Positions 17,995 through 29,000 of a stretch of 64,000 nt of DNA are shown one piece after another (within the stretch, counting starts at the first letter, position 1; each line of letters starts with the position of its first letter). The DNA is taken from positions 610-64,609 of the forward strand of contig JBIIKG010000001.1 in assembly GCA_044233275.1 (NCBI GenBank), read 5' to 3'. The translations under genes and the position numbers were made by a program. The notes beneath the pieces were generated by a model, which saw only the letters and a program-made list of their open reading frames with translations, made no database searches and was not told the DNA's origin. Origin of the DNA: Crocinitomicaceae bacterium. Lineage in GTDB: Bacteria > Bacteroidota > Bacteroidia > Flavobacteriales_D > Crocinitomicaceae.

Positions 17995-19314
17995 ATGAAA
18001 AAACTCACTACTATTTTATCTACTCTGGCTCTTGCTTTTGTTTCATTTGGTCAAGAACCATGCGCAACAGGTCGTTTTTCTTCAGATGTATATCCAAACG
18101 TAACTGTGACAAGCAACATTACTTACGGTTCAAATTTGAATTTTAGTGGATCAACTAAAATATTGAAACTTGATTTTTATGAACCTACAGGAGACACAAT
18201 GGCCAAAAGACCATTGATTGTTTGGGTGCATGGGGGTAGTTTTTTAGGCGGGACAAAAACAGATGGTGATATGATCGCTTTAGCGACTTCTTTTGCGAAA
18301 AAGGGGTATGCATGCGCTTCAATTGATTATAGAACTGGATTTTTCCCAATTGATTCTGTGAATTCTGTAAAGGCAGTTATGAGAGCAGTGCACGATTTAA
18401 AAGGTGCAGTGCGTTTTTTCTATAAAGATCAAGCAGATCAAATTAACCAGTTTAAAATTGACACCAACAATATCTTTATTGGTGGGACTTCAGCTGGGGC
18501 AATCACGGCTTTGCATTATGCGTACTTGGATAGAACATGTGAAATCAATCCTTATGTGAATCAAACAACCCTTAATGGTATTGGAGGTCTGGAGGGAATT
18601 AGTGGTAATCCATGTTATTCAACAGATGTGAAAGGTGTAATTAATCTTTGCGGTGCTTTGGCATCTTACGCATGGTTAGAGGCAGGTGAAGTGCCATTGT
18701 GTTCAATGCATGGAACAGTCGATGGAACTGTAAAATACAGCAGAGGAATTGTAAATCCTGGTGTCCCTTTAATGTATTTAGACGGAAGCAGAATGATTCA
18801 CGAACGAGCTGAGGCAGAGGGAGTTTCAAGTGTATTTTATACGTGGTATGGAGCTAATCATAATCCATTTGCTGGGACATCTCCATCAGCTGCAGCATAT
18901 ATGGACACAACCATCAATTTTGTGCGTGATTTCTTAATCGGTCAGCTGGGTTGTACAAACCCAATTTTGCAAGCAGAAAACACACCTTTCGGTACAGCTA
19001 GCTTATACGCTTACACAGATTGTGCTTCAAATGTTCCATATTCAGATTGTACAGGACTTGGGGTGAATGAACAGGAAGAAAATCTATATGCTTTATTTCC
19101 AAATCCGTCTGACGGTTCATTTGAAATTGAAATGGGAAATGTAGAAGATTACACAGTTCAGATACTTGATCTAGCAGGAAGATTGCAAGCTACAAAATCA
19201 GAAAAGACAAGTCATATGAAATTTGATAATTTGTCCTTGAATCACGGAGTTTACATTGTTCATATTACGAATGAAAAGGGCATTAGCCAAACAATTAAAG
19301 TACTGATTAAATGA
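17995..19314 (+). CDS. Alpha/beta-hydrolase carboxylesterase/lipase with type-A T9SS CTD
   Basis: 439 aa with a signal peptide. VWVHGGSFLGG (HGG oxyanion motif) and GGTSAGA (GxSxG nucleophile elbow). C-terminal LFPNPSDGSFEIEM...GVYIVHITNEKG sorting domain. Confidence 0.75.
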   Translation: MKKLTTILSTLALAFVSFGQEPCATGRFSSDVYPNVTVTSNITYGSNLNFSGSTKILKLDFYEPTGDTMAKRPLIVWVHGGSFLGGTKTDGDMIALATSFAKKGYACASIDYRTGFFPIDSVNSVKAVMRAVHDLKGAVRFFYKDQADQINQFKIDTNNIFIGGTSAGAITALHYAYLDRTCEINPYVNQTTLNGIGGLEGISGNPCYSTDVKGVINLCGALASYAWLEAGEVPLCSMHGTVDGTVKYSRGIVNPGVPLMYLDGSRMIHERAEAEGVSSVFYTWYGANHNPFAGTSPSAAAYMDTTINFVRDFLIGQLGCTNPILQAENTPFGTASLYAYTDCASNVPYSDCTGLGVNEQEENLYALFPNPSDGSFEIEMGNVEDYTVQILDLAGRLQATKSEKTSHMKFDNLSLNHGVYIVHITNEKGISQTIKVLIK

Positions 19315-19778
19315 TTTTTAGAACCTTGTTTTTTTTAGTAGTGAATTTTGGAGCCCTCGCGTTGGGGGCTCTTTTGATGGGTGGAAGTCCGGCCGAAAAT
19401 GAATGGTACAGCAGTTTAAACAAGGCTCCGTGGACACCACCTGGTTGGGTTTTCGGTTTTGCTTGGACGTTAATTATGATTTGTTTTAGTGTATATATGG
19501 CGAGAGTTTTTGTTGAATTTAAAGGAAAATTATTAAGACAATTAATGATTCTTTTTTCCCTTCAATTTTTAACCAATGTACTTTGGAATCCTCTTTTTTT
19601 TAATTGGCATTTGGTTTTCCCTGCATTATTGGTATTAACTCTTCTTATCGCTATTCTTGTAATTATTCATTTGAATTTTTCTGGGTGGAGAAAATTTAAT
19701 ACTTTATTAATAGCACCCTATTTCATATGGTTGCTTATTGCCTTCTCCTTGAATTTCTATGTATTAATACTTAATTGA
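19311..19778 (+). CDS. tspO: TspO/MBR family tryptophan-rich sensory protein
   Basis: 155-aa five-helix membrane ORF with NKAPWTPPGWVFGFAWTLIM and Trp-rich loops. Its ATG overlaps the esterase stop (ATGA at 19311-19314). Confidence 0.85.
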   Translation: MIFRTLFFLVVNFGALALGALLMGGSPAENEWYSSLNKAPWTPPGWVFGFAWTLIMICFSVYMARVFVEFKGKLLRQLMILFSLQFLTNVLWNPLFFNWHLVFPALLVLTLLIAILVIIHLNFSGWRKFNTLLIAPYFIWLLIAFSLNFYVLILN

Positions 19779-20078
19779 TCGAAAAAACTGGGGTTTTCAC
19801 CTACTATTTTCTTCTTTTAGGCAACTGATACTTGATAGTCTCGTTTTGATAATATACATTTACACACTACGATAAAAGAAACTACCACGTAAAAACTAAT
19901 TTTTCTTACTTATTAAAATTCAATGCGTTACTTGAATTGTCGCCATTGTAAAAACCTAAAGAGTATTAGTTGATATTTTATGTTGAGATTTCTTTTTTCA
20001 AAGTGATATTATGGTGATTTATTACCAACAAATTTTGATTATCATATTTAGGGATATTACAAGATAAAATTTTTCGTT

Positions 20079-23000
20079 ATGAAGGGAATCTACAGCCTAA
20101 TAATGTTACTAGTATTGTTGTTCAATGTGCAAGTATCTTTTGCCCAAGAGAAACACAATCATGACCACGGTAGATTTGATGAAATTTTTGGTCCTTGGAC
20201 ACTAAGTAAGGTTATTGATGATGCAGGAGCTTTCGATCGATATCATTCTGAAATTGCTGTTCAGAATTTTGTAGATTCAAATTACATGGTTTTTCAAGGT
20301 CAAATTAAACAATTGATTTCTCAAAACCTTGCATTTTCTAAATCAGATGCAGAACAAATGTTCTCCGTGTTTTTAAGTAAATTAGCATCGGATGTTAAAC
20401 GTTTACCTGAAGGACAAAAAGAAGTTCCTGGCACACCTAAAATATTGAACGGTCCTTGTGTTAATATGGATTTTGAAACGGGTAATTTAACCGGATGGGA
20501 CTTATTTAGAGGAACGCGAACAGCAGCAACGTTATACAATTTTTCTTCACCTGTGCCAGTTGGACCAGGTGCTAATCATCAAATTTTCAGTGGAGGTGTT
20601 GATGCTGTTGTTGGCATACCTAGGGTTGCTCCTGGAGGGACTTTTTCATGTCGTTTAGGTAATGGAACTACTACTGGATCGGGCGCAGCTAGGATGTCTC
20701 AACCGTTTATGGTCGATGCAACCAATATGTATTTTACTTATAAGTATGCTGTAGTGTTTCAATCGCCTAATGGTCACACAGCAAATGAAAGACCTTATTT
20801 TTCGGTGAGAGTTTATGACCAAGCGGGAAATAATATTCCATGCGGTGAATATTCAGTGTATGCAGACGCGGCCAATGCATCAACTTACCAATCAATTGTG
20901 GTTGGAGGGAATACTGTTCTTTACCAGAATTGGACAAGTGTTTTTACAAACTTGTCTGCTTATGTTGGTCAAAATGTTACAGTAGAGTTTACTACCGGCG
21001 ATTGTTCACTTAGTGGCCATTATGGTTACGCTTACGTGGATGCTTCATGTGCCTTACAAGCCTTGGTTGCAAGCCCAGCAACAATATGTCCAGGGCAAAC
21101 AACAACAATCACGGCGCCTTCAGGTGTTGGGACATTTACTTGGAATACAGGAGCCACAACACAGTCGATAAACACGTCAATTCCCGGAAATTACAGTGTG
21201 TTGCTAACACCTCCGCAAGGAGCTGCGTGCGCGGTAACCTTAAATACAACTGTTACACAATTTCCCGAACCATCGGCAGCCTTTACCTCAACAGCGCCAG
21301 CCTGTTTTGGAACACCTGTCACATTCACAAGTACATCAAGCATTCCCGCCCCAGGTGTTATTGCAACCTATCAATGGAATTTTGGTGACGGAACTATTTC
21401 TCCTGCATCCAGTGGAGCAATGGTTGGTGTGTTAAACACAACTGGAACTTATGTTCTTCCAACGCATACATATGCTGCAGCCGGAACATACAATGTTACA
21501 TTGACCGTTGTGTCTACCAACGGATGTGTTAGTACAATAACTACCCCAATAACAGTTTATGCATTGCCAACATTATCCAGAACTTTTGTAAATGTACTAT
21601 GTAACGGTGGCAACACTGGATCAGTTAACTTAACTGTGGTTGGTGGAAATGCACCATATACTTATGCATGGAGTAATGGAGCCATTACAGAGGATTTAGC
21701 AGGAGTTCCAGCTGGTACATATTCAGTTGTGGTGACAACTGCAACGGGTTGTGCCTCTACCATTAGTGCAACAATTACCCAGCCTGCTGCGGCTTTAACC
21801 TTAGCAACAACACAAACGAACGTGCTTTGTTTCGGTGCTTCAACTGGTGCAATAAATTTAACCCCATCAGGAGGAACAGCACCTTATACTTACTTATGGA
21901 GCAATGGAGCAATTACCCAAGACCTTAGTGGAATAACAGCTGGAACCTACACCGTGGCAGTCAATGACGCAAACGGTTCAATAGGTGGTTGTACCGCAAC
22001 GACAACTGTAACGATTTCCCAGCCCGCTGCGGCACTAATACTAAATACAACTCAAACGAACATTTTTTGCAATGGAGCAGCAACAGGTAATATTGACCTA
22101 ACACCATCTGGCGGCACTGCACCTTATACGTATGCGTGGAGTAATGGCGCAATAACACAAGATTTAAGTGGACTAACTGCGGGTACTTATACTGTTACAG
22201 TGAACGATGCTAATGGTTCTTCAGGTGGGTGTTCTGCTTCCACGAGTGTAACTATTACTCAACCTGCAACGCCCGTTTCAATTGCAGTTACTCAAACGAA
22301 TATTCTGTGTAATGGTGGTTCAACCGGAGCAATTAATATTACAGTATCTGGCGGAACACCAGGTTATACTTACGCGTGGAGTAATGGGGCAATTACAGAA
22401 GACTTAAGCGGGATCCCTGCTGGAACATATACTGTAGTTGTTAATGATGCGGCGGGTGTTAATAGTGGCTGTACAGCAACATTAAATGTAACAATTACCC
22501 AGCCTGCAGCTGCTATATCTGCAAGTTTTACACAAGTAAACATTCCTTGTAATGGTGCATCTACTGGCTCAATTAATCTTTCTGTTGCTGGCGGTACTGC
22601 GCCTTATACGTATGTGTGGAGTAATGGAGCTATTACTCAAGATCTTGGAAGTTTGGCGGCAGGAAATTATTCTGTTGTAGTAAATGATGCAAACGGTTCA
22701 TTCGGGGGTTGTACAGCAAATTCAAGTGTAACAATTACTCAGCCTGCTGCGGCATTATCACTTGCAACAAATCAAGTAAATGTTCTATGTTTCGCGGGTC
22801 CAACTGGTAGTATTGATTTAACACCTTCTGGGGGAACAGCCCCTTATACTTACTCATGGAGCAATGGAGCAATTACGCAAGATTTAAGTGGTTTAGTTGC
22901 TGGAACATATACCGTTAACGTAACCGACGCGAATGGTGTAGCAGGAGGATGTGCTGCGACAACAAGTGTTACAATTACACAGCCGGCTGCAGCAGTTTCT

Positions 23001-26000
23001 TTAGCAACAAATCAAACAAATATTTTATGTAATGGAGGAAATACTGGCGCTATAAATTTAACAGTAGCTGGAGGTACTTTACCATATACGTATTCATGGA
23101 GTAATGGCGCTATTATTGAAGATTTAAGTGCATTAACAGCAGGAACTTACAACGTAAACGTAACCGATGCGAATGGAATTGCTGGAGGATGTGCATCTTT
23201 TGCAAGTGTAACGATTACTCAACCGTCGGCTCCATTGGCGTTAAGTACTTCACAAGTAAACGTTTTATGTAATGGTGGGTTAACAGGATCAATTAATTTG
23301 ACCCCTTCAGGCGGAACGGCACCATATACCTATTCATGGAGCAATGGGGCAATTACACAAGATTTGACAGGTATGGCTGCTGGAACATACACGGTAATTG
23401 TAAATGATGCAAACGGTGGAACAGGTGGATGTACCGCTACGACAACTGTAACTATAACTCAACCCGCTGCTGCACTTACCGTAAGCGCAACGCAAACAAA
23501 TGTCTTGTGTTTTGGTGGAACAACTGGAGCAATAGACCTTACACCAGCAGGTGGAACAGCTCCTTATACCTATTCATGGAGTAATGGTGCAGTAACTCAA
23601 GATTTGACTGGAATCGTTGCGGGAACTTATACAGTAAATGTGAATGATGCGAGCGGACTTGCCGCTGGATGCGCTGCAACAACAACACTAACAATAACTC
23701 AACCGGCTGCTGCTGTATCTCTTGCAACAGCTCAAACAAACATACTTTGCAACGGTGGAAACACGGGCGCAATTAATTTAACTGTTGCCGGTGGAACAAT
23801 GCCTTATTCATTTGCATGGAGCAACGGCGCTGTTACTGAAGATTTAACAACTTTGACTGCTGGTACTTATACTGTAATTGTTACCGATGCAAATGGTTCA
23901 ACTGGCGGATGTACAGCAACAACAAGTGTTACCATAACTCAGCCTTTAGCACCACTAACGTTGAATTTTATTCAAACGAATGTACTGTGTAATGGTGGTT
24001 TAACAGGTGCTATCAATCTTACACCTTCAGGTGGTACAGCTCCTTACACTTATTCATGGAGTAATGGTGCATTAACAGAAGATCTTGCTGGTATTGCCGC
24101 TGGGACTTATACCTTAATTGTTAATGATGCCAACGGAGGATCTGGAGGTTGCGCAGCTACAACAACTGTTACAATTACCCAACCAGCTGCTGCATTGTCT
24201 TTGGCTTTTACACAAACTAACGTTTTATGTAATGGTGCAACAACTGGTGCAATAGATTTAACTCCAGCTGGAGGTACGGCACCTTACACTTACTCTTGGA
24301 GTAATGGCGCTGTTTCGCAAGACCTAATAGGTCTAGCAGCAGGAACATATACAGTGAATGTGAATGATGTAAATGGTTTGACAGGAGGTTGTTTCGCAAC
24401 GACAACTGTCACAATTACTCAGCCACCAGTTTTAACTCAAAATGTCACAGCATTCACTTATCCAAGTGGAACAAATATTAGTTGTTTTGGCTTAAGTGAT
24501 GGATCTGTCAACTTAACAATTGGAGGAGGCAATCCAGCATACTCATATTTGTGGAGTAATGGTGCAACAACGGAAGATTTGACAAATGTACCAGCTGGAA
24601 CATATAATGTAACCGTCACTGATTTAAACGGTTGTACTATACTTTCATCAATAACTTTAACTCAGCCAGCATTACTAACATCGAATGTTGTTTCTTCATT
24701 GTACGCTGGTGGATTCAACTTATCTGGTTGTGCGAATGATGGTTCAATTAACTTAACGGTTGCCGGTGGTAATCCAGCCTATTCGTATGCATGGTCCTCA
24801 GGTCAGATTTCTGAAGATATTGCAACTTTAACAGCAGGAACCTATAATGTAACAGTTACAGATGTGAATGGATGTGTTACTACTAGTTCAGCAACATTAA
24901 CTGCTCCACCAGCACTGACTCAATCAATAACAGCTACAGTTTATCCGAGTGGAACCAATATCAGTTGCTTTGGCTTAAGTGATGGTTCAATTGATTTAAC
25001 AATAGGTGGCGGTGTACCAGGGTATAGTTATTTGTGGTCAAATGGTGCTGTAACCCAAGATATTATTGGTTTACCGGCAGGGACATATAGTGTAACTGTT
25101 ACTGATTTAAATGGTTGTCAAATTACAAGTTCAATTACATTAACTCAGCCAACTGATTTGACTTCTGCATTAAATCCATCAGTTTATGCAGGTGGGTTCA
25201 ATGTCTCAGGTTGTACTCCAGATGGAATAATTGATTTAACACCAGGTGGCGGTAACCCAGCTTACACATATTTGTGGTCTAATGGTGCAACAACCGAGGA
25301 TTTATCAAATTTGAGTGCTGGAAACTATACTGTAACAATTACGGATGTGAATGGATGTCAAGAAGTGGCATCAATCGTCTTGACTCAACCTGCTGGATTG
25401 ACACAAACTATTACAGCGTCTACCTTCCCAAGTGGAACGAACATTAGTTGCTTTGGATTAAGTGATGGAAATATCGATTTGACAATTGGTGCTGGTGTAC
25501 CTGGTTATACATATCTATGGAATACAGGCGCTGTAACTGAAGACTTGACAAACGTGCCTGCAGGAACCTACGGGGTAACAGTAACAGATCAGGTTGGATG
25601 TCAAATTTCTGCTTCGATTACTTTAACTCAACCGGCAGTTTTAACACAAAATGTAACTGCAGCACTTTATCCTAGTGGAACGAATATTAGTTGTTTCGGA
25701 TTGAGTGATGGTTCAGTTAACCTTACAATTAATGGTGGGAACCCTGCATATTCATATGCATGGTCAAATGGAGCGATAACTCAAGATTTAGTGGGATTAA
25801 GTGCAGGAACATACACTGTTACAGTAACAGATATTAATGGTTGTTCAATTCCTTCTAGTATTACACTAGTAGAACCTACTGCATTAACACAAGGAATCAC
25901 TGCTGCAACCTACCCAAGTGGAACAAACATTAGTTGTTTTGGTTTAAGTGATGGGTCGGTAGATTTAACTATTGGTGGTGGAAATCCTGGTTATATGTAT

Positions 26001-29000
26001 ATGTGGTCAAATGGAGCGATATCACAAGATTTATCAAATGTACCAGCTGGAACGTATAATGTAACAGTAACAGATATCAATGGTTGTACAATTCCATCAA
26101 CAATAACTTTAACACAGCCAGCTCTTTTAACTCAGGGAATTACTGCAGTAACCTATCCAAGTGGAACGAATATTAGTTGCTTTGGTTTAAATGATGGTTC
26201 AATTGATTTAACAATCAATGGTGGAAATCCTGGATATTCATATGTTTGGTCGAATGGTGCAATCACAGAAGATTTAACCACATTAACTGCTGGAACTTAT
26301 AGTGTAGTTGTTACAGATTTGAATGGTTGTTCAATTCCTTCCACAATTACCCTAACACAACCGACAGCATTAACGCAAGGAATTACTGCTGCAACATACC
26401 CAAGTGGAACGAATATTAGTTGCTTTGGCTTAAGTGATGGTTCAATTGATTTAACAGTGAATGGTGCAAATCCAGCTTACTCTTATGCTTGGTCTAACGG
26501 TGCAATTACGCAAGATTTAGTTGGTCTAACAGCAGGAACATATAGTGTGGTAGTAACTGATGTGAATGGCTGTACAATTCCTTCAACGATTACCCTTACA
26601 CAACCAGCTGTTTTAACACAAGGAATAACAGCAGTTACCTATCCAAGTGGAACCAACATAAGTTGCTTTGGCTTAAGCGATGGTTCAGTTGATTTAACAA
26701 TTGGTGGAGGTAATCCTGGCTATACGTATGTATGGTCGAATGGTGCTGGAACGCAAGATATTACTGGAGTAGTTGCAGGGACATATACTGTAACAGTTAC
26801 AGATATCAATGGTTGTACAATACCTTCAAGTATTACCTTGACAGAACCGACTGCATTAACGCAAGGAGTTACTGCTTTCACTTATCCAAGTGGAACAAAT
26901 ATTAGTTGTTTTGGTTTAAACGATGGATCAATCGATTTAACGATTGGTGGAGGTAACCCTGGTTATACGTATGTTTGGTCGAATGGCAGTATTGCACAAG
27001 ATTTGACGTCTTTAGCCGCAGGAACATATAGTGTTGTGGTAACGGATATTAATGGTTGTACAATTCCTTCTAGCATTACACTAACTGAGCCAACTATACT
27101 AACTGAAAATGTTGTTGCTGCTACCTATCCAAGCGGAACAAACATTAGTTGTTTTGGGTTGAGTGACGGTTCTGTAAATCTAACGATAGGAGGAGGTAAC
27201 CCTGGTTATTCATTCCTTTGGTCGAATGGCTCAATTACGGAAGATCTTGTTGGTTTACCAGTAGGGACTTATAGTGTAGTTGTGACCGATCTTAATGGTT
27301 GTACAATTCCTTCTACAATAACCTTAACAGAACCAACATTATTAACTTCGAATGTCGTTCCTTCAGTTTATGCAGGCGGATTTAATGTTTCTGGTTGCAT
27401 TGATGATGGTACAATTGATTTGACTCCTTCAGGCGGAAATCCTGGATATACTTACTTATGGTCAAATGGCGCAACTAACCAGGATTTATCTGCCCTTGCA
27501 GCGGGAACATATGATGTAACAATCACGGATATCAACGGTTGTCAAACAACGAATTCAATTACATTAACTCAACCTGTTGGCTTAAGTGAAACAATTTCAG
27601 CATTTACTTATCCAAGTGGTACAAATATTAGTTGTATAGGTTTAAGTGATGGATCGATCGACTTGATAATTAGCAACGGTTCTCCAGGGTATACATATTT
27701 ATGGAGCAACGGTGCAATAACTGAAGATTTAGTAGGAGTTCCAGCTGGGACTTATAATGTCACTGCAACCGATCAAAATGGTTGTCAAATTACAAGTACT
27801 ATAACATTGGTGCAACCAACAGCTCTTACTCAAAATGCAGCTGGATTAACTTATCCAAGTGGAACAAATATTAGTTGCTTTGGATTCAGCGATGGTTCAG
27901 TTGATTTATCAATCGGCGGTGGTAATCCAGGTTATACTTACTTATGGAATACTGGCGCAATAACTGAAGATATTTCAGGCTTGCCAATCGGAACATATAG
28001 TGTAGTAGTAACAGATATCAATGGTTGTACAATCCCTTCATCTATCACGCTAAATCAACCTACGGTTCTTACAGAAAACAGTATTGCTGACACTTATCCA
28101 AGTGGGAATAATATCAGCTGCTTTGGTTTAAGCGACGGTTCCGTTGATTTAACAATAGGCGGCGGAAGTCCAGGCTATACATATGTTTGGTCAAATGGAG
28201 CTATAACTGAAGATTTAGTAGGCTTGCCAATTGGAACATATGATGTTGTGGTTACAGATATTAATGGTTGTATTATTAATTCAACAATTACATTAGACGA
28301 ACCAACAGCTTTAACTTCAAGTGATGTGGTTTCTGTTTATGCAGGAGGATTTAATGTCTCAGGTTGTGTTGATGATGGATCTATTGATTTGACACCTGCA
28401 GGTGGAAGTCCAACTTATACATATGTATGGAGCAATGGTGCTATAACACAAGATATTTCTAATCTTGCCGCTGGAACTTATACAGTAACAATTACAGATA
28501 TTAATGGTTGTCAATCAACTTTAACTGAAACCTTAACAGAGCCTGCAGATATGACATCTGTCACTTCTGTTACCTCTAATTACAATGGCGAAGATATTAG
28601 TTGTGTTGGAGCTTCGGATGGTGCAATTACGGTAGTTCCTGCTGGTGGTGCTGGACCTTACACGTATTCTTGGGAAAATGCTTTAGGAGTGGTCGTGAGT
28701 AATTTACAATCTCCAAGTGGATTAGTTGCTGGATTATATACAGTAGAGATTACTGACCAGAATGGTTGTATTATTTCTGACGATATCGTATTAACAGATC
28801 CTCCAGCGTTTATATTTAATGTTAACGTTGCTTCCAACTATAATGGCGAAGATATTTCTTGCTTCGGAGCGTCAGATGGTGCAATAAACTTAACAGTAAA
28901 CGGAGCAACACCAGGATATACTTATTCATGGACAAATGCGGCAAATGCAGTTGTAAGCACTATTCAAGATCCATTCTCATTGCCTTCAGGACAATACGAT

